Of a DNA stretch of 64,000 bases, positions 9,265 through 18,983 are shown piece after piece (the stretch's first letter is position 1; every line of letters starts with the position of its first letter). The DNA comes from Candidatus Omnitrophota bacterium (GTDB lineage Bacteria; Omnitrophota; Gorgyraeia; Zapsychrales; Zapsychraceae): positions 205,547-269,546 of the forward strand of contig JBFWOS010000002.1 of the NCBI GenBank assembly GCA_050250375.1, read 5' to 3'. The notes beneath the pieces were generated by a model, which was not told the origin of the DNA, ran no database searches, and saw only the letters and a list, made by a program, of their open reading frames with translations. A program made the position numbers and the translations under genes.

Positions 9265-9740
9265 ATCGTTTTTCGAAAACGCAGGTGAAATCAATGCTGC
9301 TCGAAGAAATTAATATTGAAAATATTCTCCCGCAGGCGCATCCTTTTATCATGATCGACCGCGTCGTTGATTTTAAAAAGGGAGAATACCTTACGGCCGT
9401 CAAGAACGTAACGGCGAACGAATGGTTTTTTAAAAATGCCGGACCGATGCCGTATCTGCCTGAGACACTATTGATCGAAGCCGCCGCGCAGACGGCTGTC
9501 CTGTTTGCCCGGTTGACGCTGATCGAAAATCATTCCGGGAATTATTTATTTGTTCTGGGGAGGATCAATGCCGAGTTTGAGGGCCGCGCCGGCGTTGGAG
9601 ACCAGGTCCTTCTGAAAACTTCAAATTTTAAGATGATGAAAATGAATGGTTTTATTGATGTCGGGATCGAATCAGAGACCGGGGCCATCGCGAAACTGAA
9701 CATATTTTACAGCCTTATGGAGAATAAACCGCATGGTTGA
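9261..9740 (+). CDS. FabZ/FabA-like hotdog-fold (3-hydroxyacyl-ACP dehydratase family) protein, atypical active-site region
   Basis: AHPFIMIDRVVDF...NEWFFKNAGPMPYLPETLLIEAAAQTA parallels FabZ HRYPFLLVDR...NEPFFQGHFP..PVMPGVLQIEALAQ, but the HFP histidine position reads AGP. Overlaps the KS start by 8 nt. Confidence 0.6.
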   Translation: MNRFSKTQVKSMLLEEINIENILPQAHPFIMIDRVVDFKKGEYLTAVKNVTANEWFFKNAGPMPYLPETLLIEAAAQTAVLFARLTLIENHSGNYLFVLGRINAEFEGRAGVGDQVLLKTSNFKMMKMNGFIDVGIESETGAIAKLNIFYSLMENKPHG

Positions 9741-10992
9741 GATTTTATCGAAAGAAAGCCCATCGCAGAACGGCCGCCGTGTTGTCGTGACCGGCCTGGG
9801 CGTTGTCTCGTCCATCGGAATCGGCTGGCAGGAATTCTGGAAGAATTTGATCGCGGGTAAGTCGGGGATATCAAGAATTACTTCTTTTGATGTGTCCATG
9901 TATGAAAGGAAATATGCGGGAGAAATAAAAAATTTTGACGCAAATCTATATATTAATCGAAAAAAAATAAAATTTCTAGGTAGGTCCTCTCAATTTGCCA
10001 TTACAGCTGCAAAGTTGGCGCTTGAAGATTCGAATTTTGAAGTTAATAGTACAAATAGTAAGAATATAATTGCGAGCATAGGTATGACCATGGCAGAAAT
10101 GACAGAGTTAGAAAAATATAATGACAGTATTTATACGCAAAATTGTACAATTAATGGTAATGATGTAGCTTTAAAATTCCCTGCATTCTCAATAAGTTCA
10201 AATGTAGCTCGTGAATTAGGTTTAAATGGAAAAAATATAGTTTTTTCGAGTGCATGCGCGGCCGGAAATTACTCGATATGTTATGCATATGATCAAATAA
10301 AGAATTCGACTGCTGACTATGCATTGGCTGGAGGATCTGATAGTTTTTCAAGAGTTGTTTTCACTGGTTTTAGTCGTCTTTTTGCTATCGCAGATAAATT
10401 TTGTCAACCATTTGATAAAAATAGGAGTGGAATGATTCCTGGGGAAGGATCAGCTATTTTGTTTTTAGAAAGTTACGAAAGCGCAGTAAAACGAAATGCT
10501 AAAATATATGCGGAAATTCTAGGTTTTGGTATGTCATGCGATGCGTTTCACATGACGATCCCCAGCGTTGAATCTGTATCTAAAGCCATTATGAAGTGTT
10601 TAATGAATTCAGAGTTGTCAATAGAACAGATAAATTATATTTGTGCTCACGGGACAGGAACTAAAGAAAATGATGAAACTGAAGTAGCTGCTGTAATTAA
10701 AGTTTTCAAAAATAGGTCGAGATATATTCCAATGAGTTCAATCAAATCTATGTTAGGACATACGATGGGGGCTGCATCGGCCTTAGAGGCAGTTTCTTGT
10801 TGTTTATCTTTGGATTGTCAAGTAGTTCCTCCAACGATTAATTTTACGGAAAAGGATCCCCTCTGTGATATAGATTGTGTTCCAAATAAGGCGCGAGAAG
10901 CTACACTAGAAATAATCCTAAACAATTCGCAGGCGTTTGGAGGCAACAACGCTTGTGTTGCACTTAAGACTTTGAAACAGAATACAATTTAA
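9733..10992 (+). CDS. beta-ketoacyl-ACP synthase (KAS I/II type)
   Basis: VVVTGLGVVSSIG; active-site SSACAAG; CAHGTGT and GHTMGAAS His motifs; 419 aa. The first ~50 codons are GC-rich and the rest AT-rich. Confidence 0.85.
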   Translation: MVEILSKESPSQNGRRVVVTGLGVVSSIGIGWQEFWKNLIAGKSGISRITSFDVSMYERKYAGEIKNFDANLYINRKKIKFLGRSSQFAITAAKLALEDSNFEVNSTNSKNIIASIGMTMAEMTELEKYNDSIYTQNCTINGNDVALKFPAFSISSNVARELGLNGKNIVFSSACAAGNYSICYAYDQIKNSTADYALAGGSDSFSRVVFTGFSRLFAIADKFCQPFDKNRSGMIPGEGSAILFLESYESAVKRNAKIYAEILGFGMSCDAFHMTIPSVESVSKAIMKCLMNSELSIEQINYICAHGTGTKENDETEVAAVIKVFKNRSRYIPMSSIKSMLGHTMGAASALEAVSCCLSLDCQVVPPTINFTEKDPLCDIDCVPNKAREATLEIILNNSQAFGGNNACVALKTLKQNTI

Positions 10993-11014
10993 GAATACCA
11001 ATATAACAATTAGT

Positions 11015-12133
11015 ATGAAAAAAAATATTGCAGGGATGATTTTTCATCCACCAAATCTTGAAACTATTGATTCTGCTATTCGCTCATTATATCCAATGGC
11101 TAATACCGTTTATTCTAGGATATCTCCCTTTAGAAAAAAGGATATGTTGCGCAAAATTGCACCATTTAGATTGTTTTATTTGCGTAATATTCAATTTGCC
11201 CAAAATACAGGAATAGATTTAGTAGGCTATATGCTTCCTATGTTGCCAGAGCAAATGTTGATTTCTTCCGAGAATGCGAAAAAGAAAATAAATGAAATTA
11301 TTCATAAGGCTACCAATTTTGGCGTAGACGTAATAACCTTAGGTGCATTTACTTCTATCGTTACTAACCAAGGATTGGATGCACTAACTAGTAATCGAAT
11401 TAATATAACTAGCGGGAATACGTGTACTGCTGCCTTATGTATTCAATCGGTGTTAAAGTTGGTAAGAGTTTTAGAAATTGAGTTAACAAAATGTAATGTG
11501 GCAATCATAGGCGCGACTGGGGATATTGGTAGTATATGTGCGAAAGTATTAGTACGAAAATCTAAGAACGTATTCTTGTGTTCTCGAAATATTTCCGATT
11601 CCCAAGATTGGATTAAATTATTGAAAACTGAATTAGGTGAAAAAATCGTTGTTACGCAAGATATTAATAAATCGATTAAGAACGCAGATATAATAATTTG
11701 TGCTACAAGTTCCATTTCACCATTATTTGATATAAATGAGTTTTTACCCGGGACGATTGTTTGTGATTTATCAATGCCTCCAAACGTTGGAAAGAATCTA
11801 AAAGAGTTAAGAAGGGATATCTTGATATATGAAGGGGGGAGGGCTCAAATTCCAAATTATAAAGACATTCAAAGTAACGTGTGGAGCCATTTGTTTCCCA
11901 AGAATTCTATTTATGGATGTTTTATTGAATCGATAATCTTATCATTGGGGAACAAATTAGAGAATTTTTCCATTGGAAAAGGAAATATTACAGAAGAGAA
12001 GATTGATGAGATATATAATCTTGGTCTTAAATATGATATTGATATTGCTGATTACGGATTTGAGAATTATATATATACTGAAAAAGACTTAAAAGAATTT
12101 AAATTTAAAAGGAAAAGTTATGTTGGATCTTAA
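11015..12133 (+). CDS. long-chain acyl-[ACP] reductase (AAR)-family protein (aldehyde-forming)
   Basis: GVDVITLGAFTSIV / TSGNTCTAALCIQSV / VAIIGATGDIGSICAKVL / YGCFIESI align with cyanobacterial AAR (GIDISALGGFTSII / TTGNTHTAYVICRQV / VAVVGATGDIGSAVCRWL / HCFDID catalytic Cys) as recalled from memory. 372 aa. Confidence 0.65.
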   Translation: MKKNIAGMIFHPPNLETIDSAIRSLYPMANTVYSRISPFRKKDMLRKIAPFRLFYLRNIQFAQNTGIDLVGYMLPMLPEQMLISSENAKKKINEIIHKATNFGVDVITLGAFTSIVTNQGLDALTSNRINITSGNTCTAALCIQSVLKLVRVLEIELTKCNVAIIGATGDIGSICAKVLVRKSKNVFLCSRNISDSQDWIKLLKTELGEKIVVTQDINKSIKNADIIICATSSISPLFDINEFLPGTIVCDLSMPPNVGKNLKELRRDILIYEGGRAQIPNYKDIQSNVWSHLFPKNSIYGCFIESIILSLGNKLENFSIGKGNITEEKIDEIYNLGLKYDIDIADYGFENYIYTEKDLKEFKFKRKSYVGS

Positions 12134-14321
12134 TTTTATTGCAATATTTACATTTACAATTTCTTTGGTTCTGGGATATTTATTTCTTTTCATTCTCCTA
12201 AAAAATATAAAATCACAAATCAATAGATCATTTTCATTAGTCTGTTTAAGCGCTGCGATTTGGTTGTTGTTTTACTCATTTGCATACTTCTCAAATGACA
12301 AAGTTATGGCTAATCTTTGGTTTAGAATTGGGTATTCAGGAGTAATATTTATATCTGTTACGTATCTGAATTTTGCTTGTAATATTCTCGATTTTAGAAA
12401 AATTAGACATTTAGTTTGGGGGGCATACTTAACAGGATTTATTTTTATTTTGGTGATACACATTTCTGATTTATTAATAGCAGGTGTTCATGAGTATTCG
12501 TGGGGGTTTTATCCAAAAGCTGGAAAAATTCATCCGTATTTTTTAATTTTCTTTTTTGGCTTAGTTAATATTGCAACAGGTTTAATTGCGTATAACTATT
12601 TTTATCTAATGAGAAAAACTACGGCATCAATTCGAAAACAACAATTAAAGTATATACTCTTAGCATTTACTATTTTTACGTTTGCTTCAATGGACTTCAT
12701 TCCCAATTATGGAATTAACATTTATCCATTAGGGTTTATTCCAGTTTTATTTTTTATATTGATAATAACATATAGCGTTGTTAAATATCGTTTGCTAGAT
12801 ATTTCTTTGGTCATAACGCGGACAAGTATTTTTTTGGTTGTGTACTGTTTTGTGTTAGGGATACCATTCAATATTGCCTTCGGCCTACAAGATTTCTTAA
12901 AAAGTATTTTTCGTGAGGAATGGTGGATTTTTCCGTTGGTTGTGTCCACCGTTTTGGCGACCATCGGACCCTATATTTATATCTATATCCAAAAAAAGGC
13001 TGAGGACAGGATTCTTCAGGAGCAGCGTCAGTACCAGGCGACGTTACGGCAGGCCTCATTAGGCATGGGACAGATTAAAGATTTAAAACGGCTTTTGAAC
13101 CTGATTGTCCATGTGGTGACCCGCGCGGTCAAGATCGAGAATTGTAAAATATTTCTCCGGCATGAAGATTCCAAACGGTTTGTCCTGAAGGCTGTAAAGG
13201 GAGAGAAGAACAATGTCGATGAGAAGAATCATCTGGGGTTTGATTCCCTTTTGGTCAACTATTTTAACCAGGTCAAAGAACCGATCGTTTATGAGGAGGT
13301 CAAGCAAAGACGCACGGATATCGGAGGCGAGGGATTGGGTGAGATCGAGGCGATCCTGGAGAAAATGGATGCGGCCCTGGTCGTTCCAAGTTTTATCGAA
13401 CAGAAATTAATCGCTATTATTTCCCTGGGTAAAAAGCGTTCAGGAAAGCTTTATACGCACGACGACCTGGCGGTCTTTGCCATCCTGGCCAACCAGTCGG
13501 CCCTGGCGATTGAAAACGCCCAGTTTTACGAAGATATGAAACGCACCCATGTCCAGCTTTTGAAGGCGGAAAAGATGGCAACCGTGGGGACCATGGCCGA
13601 CGGCTTGAGCCATCAGATCAACAACCGCCTGCACGCGATGGGTTTCATCGCCGGTGATTTGATTGATACCATCCGGCACGGAAAACAAAACGGCCATCCT
13701 CCGAAAACAAAAGAACTTCTGGAAGAGATCGAAAGCGGTCTGGAACGGATTCAGCAGAATGTCAAACACGGCGGGGAAATCGTCGGCGGTCTTTTGCGTT
13801 ATACCCGCAAGGGGGAAAAAGGATTTGCTCCGGTCGAATTGTCCCAGCTTTTGAAGTCCGCCCTTGAGATGGCCCAGTTCAAGATCAAGGTGAATATGCT
13901 CGACATTGAGAGGCATTTTGATGACAGTATCCCGAAGATCAAAGGGAATTTTACCCAGCTGCAGGAAGTATTTTTCAACCTGATTGATAATGCCTACGAC
14001 GCCATGATGCAGCGTAAGGAAGAACTTCAGGAAAAGGGGTATAAGCCGCATCTGGATATTTACGCCCGGGAGGTTAACGCCAAAATTGAGATCATCATCC
14101 AGGATAACGGGATGGGGGTCAAGGATTCGGATATGCATAAACTGTTTACCCCGTTTTTTACCACCAAGGCAACGAGCAAGAAGGGCACGGGGCTGGGGCT
14201 TTACGTCATCCGGCAGATCATTGAGGATAACCACGGGGGGAAAGTCAATTTTTCTTCAAAATTTAAAATAGGTTCGGAAACTCAGATTATATTGCCGATC
14301 GCCCTGGAAAAGACAGCCTAA
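12120..14321 (+). CDS. sensor histidine kinase with N-terminal 7TM sensor domain and GAF domain
   Basis: Multi-TM N-terminus; GAF-like middle; HisKA MATVGTMADGLSHQINNRL; HATPase N/G boxes (IDNAYDAM, DNGMGV, GTGLGL). Confidence 0.85.
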   Translation: MLDLNFIAIFTFTISLVLGYLFLFILLKNIKSQINRSFSLVCLSAAIWLLFYSFAYFSNDKVMANLWFRIGYSGVIFISVTYLNFACNILDFRKIRHLVWGAYLTGFIFILVIHISDLLIAGVHEYSWGFYPKAGKIHPYFLIFFFGLVNIATGLIAYNYFYLMRKTTASIRKQQLKYILLAFTIFTFASMDFIPNYGINIYPLGFIPVLFFILIITYSVVKYRLLDISLVITRTSIFLVVYCFVLGIPFNIAFGLQDFLKSIFREEWWIFPLVVSTVLATIGPYIYIYIQKKAEDRILQEQRQYQATLRQASLGMGQIKDLKRLLNLIVHVVTRAVKIENCKIFLRHEDSKRFVLKAVKGEKNNVDEKNHLGFDSLLVNYFNQVKEPIVYEEVKQRRTDIGGEGLGEIEAILEKMDAALVVPSFIEQKLIAIISLGKKRSGKLYTHDDLAVFAILANQSALAIENAQFYEDMKRTHVQLLKAEKMATVGTMADGLSHQINNRLHAMGFIAGDLIDTIRHGKQNGHPPKTKELLEEIESGLERIQQNVKHGGEIVGGLLRYTRKGEKGFAPVELSQLLKSALEMAQFKIKVNMLDIERHFDDSIPKIKGNFTQLQEVFFNLIDNAYDAMMQRKEELQEKGYKPHLDIYAREVNAKIEIIIQDNGMGVKDSDMHKLFTPFFTTKATSKKGTGLGLYVIRQIIEDNHGGKVNFSSKFKIGSETQIILPIALEKTA

Positions 14322-14461
14322 AATAATAGAGATTCGGTTTGTTTTCTAAGAACCAGTCCTTTAAAATAATTGAACCTTCAGCACGGTTTTAAGTTGATAT
14401 TTAAAAGCTGATCACCTAAAGGTTTAGCGTAAATCACGATGAAGGTTAACCGGAGGAATAC

Positions 14462-14824
14462 ATGTCAAAACTGTTGATTGTCGATGATGAAACCGATATC
14501 CGCGAGTTCGCCAAAAGTTTTTTTAAGAAACGCGGGATAGAAGTCTCAACCGCCGGGGGCGGCAAAGAAGCGCTTCGTGCCGTCGAGAAAAATAATCCGG
14601 ACCTGATCCTGCTGGACATCACCATGGAGGATATGACCGGCGTGGAGGTGCTGAGGGCCTTGCGGGAAAATAAAAACGATGTCAAGGTGATCATGGTCAC
14701 GGGCATCGAAAACGAAGAAACAGTTAATGAAGCCAACAGCTGGGGGATCAAGGGATACATCCACAAACCCCTGATCCTGGAAGAACTCGAACAAATCGTA
14801 CTCGCGGAATTAAATGACAGTTAA
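14462..14824 (+). CDS. single-domain response regulator (CheY-like receiver)
   Basis: KLLIVDDETDIRE...LILLDITMEDMTGVEVL...IMVTG...KPL receiver motifs with phospho-acceptor Asp. Confidence 0.85.
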   Translation: MSKLLIVDDETDIREFAKSFFKKRGIEVSTAGGGKEALRAVEKNNPDLILLDITMEDMTGVEVLRALRENKNDVKVIMVTGIENEETVNEANSWGIKGYIHKPLILEELEQIVLAELNDS

Positions 14825-16019
14825 GCAGCCGATGATCAAAGTTGACTACAAAAAAGAGCTTGAAACAGCCAGCAAGGGCATGATCATGATCCATGATCCG
14901 AAACTGCTGATCAAGCTGATCGTGCGGATGATTGTAAGAAAACTGCGCATCAAACACGCCGCCATGATCCTCTATGAATCCGATTTTGACCGTTATGTTC
15001 TGAATATTTCCCGTGGAGAAACAGGGCACCGTATCCCGGTGGGTTTTACCAAGTTCAGCAAACAAAGCCCGATCATCAAATTATTCATTGATAAAGAATA
15101 CCGGCGCATTATCCAGGGGCGTAATGCCATCGTGGCTGAGGATATCAATCGGATTATTTGGAGGGAAAATGTCGTTGATAACGGCACCGGCAGCGGAGTA
15201 AAGGACCTCCTGCATAAAGTCAGCGAACAGATGGATGCGCTGAATTCGATTGCGTGCGTGCCGGCCTTTTACCAGGATAAATTGATGGCCGTCCTGTTGT
15301 TAGGGAATAAACACGACGAGTCCCGGTTTGCCCAGGAAGAACTGAATTTTTTTGCCGCCCTGGCCTCGGACGCCGCGATGGCGATCCGCAACGCGCAGTT
15401 ATTTAATGATCTCAGCCGCGAGGCCAAACGTAATCGCGAATTGTTTATCCAGACGATCATCGTCCTGAGTTCCACCATTGAGGCCAAAGACAAATACACC
15501 CACGGCCACACGGAACGGGTCACCAATTATTCCGTGTCTATTGCCCGCCAGATGACCGCCAACGGGAGCGCGGATTTTGATAACACTTTTTTTGAAAATA
15601 TTTATATCTCCGGTTTGCTTCATGATATCGGCAAGATCGCCATCCCCGAAAAGATCCTCAACAAGACCGGCCATCTTACGGAAGAAGAATATGAGATCAT
15701 GAAAAAACATACCATCAAGGGGGCGGAGATGATCCGTCCGCTTAACCTTCCGAAGGATTGCATCGACGGAATCAAACATCATCATGAACGCTTTGACGGG
15801 TGCGGTTACCCGGACGGGCTCATCGGTGGGGCGATTCCGATCACCGCGGCCATCATGGCCGTGGCCGATTCCTATGACGCCATGACTTCATCCCGTCCTT
15901 ACCGCAAAGGTATGAAAAAAGAAGACGCCCTCAATGAAATCAAGAAAAACGCAGGGACCCAGTTTAATCCCATCCCGGTCCGCGCCATGGTTGAGTTATA
16001 TAATCAGGGAAGGCTTTAG
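14814..16019 (+). CDS. GAF-domain HD-GYP phosphodiesterase (c-di-GMP)
   Basis: HTERVTNYSVSIA...LLHDIGKIAIPEKIL...HHERFDGCGYPDGL = HD and GYP signatures. Confidence 0.85.
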   Translation: MTVKQPMIKVDYKKELETASKGMIMIHDPKLLIKLIVRMIVRKLRIKHAAMILYESDFDRYVLNISRGETGHRIPVGFTKFSKQSPIIKLFIDKEYRRIIQGRNAIVAEDINRIIWRENVVDNGTGSGVKDLLHKVSEQMDALNSIACVPAFYQDKLMAVLLLGNKHDESRFAQEELNFFAALASDAAMAIRNAQLFNDLSREAKRNRELFIQTIIVLSSTIEAKDKYTHGHTERVTNYSVSIARQMTANGSADFDNTFFENIYISGLLHDIGKIAIPEKILNKTGHLTEEEYEIMKKHTIKGAEMIRPLNLPKDCIDGIKHHHERFDGCGYPDGLIGGAIPITAAIMAVADSYDAMTSSRPYRKGMKKEDALNEIKKNAGTQFNPIPVRAMVELYNQGRL

Positions 16020-16096
16020 CGTTTCTTGGGGGTATTGAGTTCGTTGGGTTTATAGGGTTAGTTTGTTGGGGTGACTCAAACAACTTAATAACACAA

Positions 16097-17743
16097 TCAA
16101 CCCAATTGACTTACAGGCAATTCAATGATTATTTCCGTCCCGATGCCGATTTTACTTTTAACTAAGATTTTTCCGTGATGGTTTTCAATGATTCCTTGGA
16201 CGATCGCCAGCCCTAGTCCGGTGCCGAAGTCTTTATTGGTAAAGAAAGGGTCGAATATCTGTTTGAGGTTTTCTTCAGCGATACCCACACCGGTATCTTT
16301 GATGGTGATTTGTACGATTTTATCGTGTTTGACAGAGGATTTGATTTGTTTGGGCAGCACCGCGGCCCCGATAAATAACTGCCCGCCGTCCGGCATGGCG
16401 TCAACCGCGTTGAGCATGATATTCAGCAGGGCCTGATGGATCTGGTTCGCGTCGAGTCTTAACGTCAACTGATCATCGAGGTTGATATTTCGCGAACACT
16501 GCACGTGACGGCTTAAGAAATTGTTGCTGAGGGTGTCGATGCTCTGATTCAGTAATTTTTTAACGGAAACATCGGTAAATTTGGGAGGGTTTGGTTTGGA
16601 GTACTCCATAAGCCGGTTGACGAGTTCACTGATCCGTTCAACTTCTTTGGCCGTAAGCCGTGAATATTTATTAATAAATTCACGATCGTTATGCCGGGCG
16701 GGCAGATATTCATTAAAAGTCTTGATCACCGTCAACGGATTCCGGATTTCATGAGCAATTCCTCCCGCCAGTGTGGCAAGGGTTTTGTATTTCTCAGTTT
16801 GGGCGACTTCTAGCCTTAATTTTTCGTTTTCGAGGGCGATTTCTTCTTGGGTTCCTCTAAAAAAGTATCTTTCTATATACTGTTGAATTCTATGTTGTAA
16901 AGGAATAAAAATTATTCCAAGAATAAATGCTGTAAATATATTAAAAAAGGGAGAATCATAGTTTAATTTAATTTTCAATGATTCACCAAAAGAAATAATT
17001 ATTAAAAGATAGAATAATGATATTACCGAGATCACTAAAGAATATATGAATCCTTTTTTAAGCGCTATAGTAATGTCCATCAGTTTGTATTTGACAGTTG
17101 CATATGCGTATATCCCGATAAATATCGTTGAAGGGAAAAATCCAACTGGATAGAATTCAAAACCATAATTTGGTATAAAATCAAGAATTGCAAAGTTCAA
17201 AATGAACATAGCCACCAATAGATATTTTATTTGGTTTCTTTCGCTCCATTCAGAAGAGTTAATCAAGACTTCAATGAAAACTTTATAAAGTGTTATCATC
17301 GGAATTATAAAGAAAATTAAGTAGAGTGGGTGGAGCCTTCCAGCAACGGGATAATAACCCCAATAGTAATTGTGGTAATAGTTCTGAATAATAAGGTTTG
17401 TATTAATTATTAAGAAACTAAGCGATATAAAGATAAAGTAAAATAATGGAAGTAGAATCTTATATTTTCTGGAGTTAAGAAGTTCAATGGTGTGGTGAAA
17501 ACAAAAAATTGGGATAAAAGTGATAAAACAATAAGCGGCTTTTAATAGTACAACGATTAAAGAATGGTGTTTTTTGTCTAGATTTAAAACTAGTGCATAG
17601 AGAAAGAACCATGCCGCGATCGAGAGACAAACAAAAAAAAATGTTATATTTTTTTTAGATTTTTTATTCTTACTTAATACAATAAATCCGAAGAAAATCG
17701 CGACTGTGGTACATACTAAGAGAGGGAGGCTATATAAATTCAT
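16097..17743 (-). CDS. sensor histidine kinase with N-terminal 7TM sensor domain
   Basis: HisKA LAGGIAHEIRNPLTVI; HATPase LNAVDAM, DTGVGI, GTGLGLAIV; AT-rich multi-TM N-terminus paralogous to 12120..14321. Confidence 0.85.
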   Translation of the reverse strand: MNLYSLPLLVCTTVAIFFGFIVLSKNKKSKKNITFFFVCLSIAAWFFLYALVLNLDKKHHSLIVVLLKAAYCFITFIPIFCFHHTIELLNSRKYKILLPLFYFIFISLSFLIINTNLIIQNYYHNYYWGYYPVAGRLHPLYLIFFIIPMITLYKVFIEVLINSSEWSERNQIKYLLVAMFILNFAILDFIPNYGFEFYPVGFFPSTIFIGIYAYATVKYKLMDITIALKKGFIYSLVISVISLFYLLIIISFGESLKIKLNYDSPFFNIFTAFILGIIFIPLQHRIQQYIERYFFRGTQEEIALENEKLRLEVAQTEKYKTLATLAGGIAHEIRNPLTVIKTFNEYLPARHNDREFINKYSRLTAKEVERISELVNRLMEYSKPNPPKFTDVSVKKLLNQSIDTLSNNFLSRHVQCSRNINLDDQLTLRLDANQIHQALLNIMLNAVDAMPDGGQLFIGAAVLPKQIKSSVKHDKIVQITIKDTGVGIAEENLKQIFDPFFTNKDFGTGLGLAIVQGIIENHHGKILVKSKIGIGTEIIIELPVSQLG

Positions 17744-18111
17744 TTATTTAATAGTTTTCGTATTGATTCAAGTATTTCCTTCGAATCAAACGGTTTGGTG
17801 ATGTATCCGTCCGCGCCTAGTTTTTTAATCTCACTGAGCAATTCAACCGACTGATATCCTGTTACAATGATGACTTTCTGCCCGGGATGTTTTTCTTTAA
17901 TTTCCTTAAGTGTATCCAGGCCGTTTTTGTTGGGCATTTTGATGTCCAGTAAGACCAAGCCGATATCGCCGGCGTTTTTCAGGCAGTCGAGACACTGATC
18001 GCTGTCTTCCGTCAGGATTAGTTCATAATGCTCTTCCAGGATCAGTCTCAGTGATTCGCGGATCCCCTCCTCATCATCACAGATCAGAATTTTTTTTGTG
18101 TTGGTGCTCAT
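17740..18111 (-). CDS. single-domain response regulator (receiver)
   Basis: KILICDDEEGIRE...LVLLDIKMPNKNGLDTL...IIVTGY...KPF; 4-nt ATGA overlap with the kinase. Confidence 0.85.
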   Translation of the reverse strand: MSTNTKKILICDDEEGIRESLRLILEEHYELILTEDSDQCLDCLKNAGDIGLVLLDIKMPNKNGLDTLKEIKEKHPGQKVIIVTGYQSVELLSEIKKLGADGYITKPFDSKEILESIRKLLNK

Positions 18112-18149
18112 TTACTGCTCCTTCTTAGGTTCATTAAGTTTGTGGGGTG

Positions 18150-18701
18150 CTACAAAGCCACCGGGGTTGCTATAATCAAAATTTTTGATGCGGTCACGTT
18201 TTCATTATGAAAATAATGTTTCATGGAAGCGTCGAAATAAATCGACTGCCCCTTGGACAAGACATAAGGGGTCTCGCCAATAATTATTCTTACAGTGCCT
18301 TCCAGGACTAAAATGAATTTTTCCGTTCCGGTTTTATTTTGCTCAATGTTTGTCTTGCCGCCGCTTTCAAGGGTCAGCAGGGTGGGCATCATCTTTTTTT
18401 TCAAAACATTGGTGGTCAGTATTTCAAACGACGCCTTTTCACCGTGGATAAAGATATCTTTTTGTGAGTCCTGGTCAGTCAGGTCGACTTTTTTTTCTTC
18501 ATTGATTATGTCCGCGTAAAGCTGAAGGACATCAATTCCCAGCGCCTTGGCAATCGCCATATGAGAATCGACGGTGCCGGTCATTTTGAGGTTTTCCATC
18601 CGGCTGAGAGTGGCAATCTGCACATTGCTTTTTTCAGACAGTTCGACCAAGGTCATCCCTTTGGATTTACGAATTTCTTTCAGCTTCTTTCCTATATACA
18701 T
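18150..18701 (-). CDS. XRE-family HTH + cupin domain transcriptional regulator
   Basis: N-terminal LKEIRKSKGMTLVELSEKSNVQIATLSRMEN (HTH_3); C-terminal cupin-like beta region. Confidence 0.75.
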   Translation of the reverse strand: MYIGKKLKEIRKSKGMTLVELSEKSNVQIATLSRMENLKMTGTVDSHMAIAKALGIDVLQLYADIINEEKKVDLTDQDSQKDIFIHGEKASFEILTTNVLKKKMMPTLLTLESGGKTNIEQNKTGTEKFILVLEGTVRIIIGETPYVLSKGQSIYFDASMKHYFHNENVTASKILIIATPVAL

Positions 18702-18983
18702 GCTGACATCCCGTTCATTTTGTGTACTCCTTTTTTAGGGGTAATGACGAGGCTCGCCTTCGGCGAGATCTCGCCGATGCAAAGCATCGGTGGACTCGCC
18801 ATAAAATAGGACGGCCTTTGATTTGGTTTTAGGGGGTTCACCATGCTCTAAGGGTATCATATGGTTTAACTTTATGTCAATAAATTTGATCATAATACAA
18901 AAATTTCACTGAGAAATCGATAAATATTCCAAAGACTTATGTTTGTAACTATTTGGTATTTATTTGATTATATCAATGTTATT

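Noticed and set aside
13440-14234. 264-aa minus-strand ORF
   Set aside because: Lies entirely antisense within the well-supported histidine kinase gene 12120..14321; low-complexity, GC-driven spurious ORF.
16850-17743. AT-rich 5' portions of the histidine kinase genes as purely amino-acid-composition effects
   Set aside because: Rejected as a sole explanation only partly. F/I/L/Y/N/K richness contributes, but third-position A/T bias differs from other polytopic genes here (TMTC-like), so it is retained as a finding rather than dismissed.
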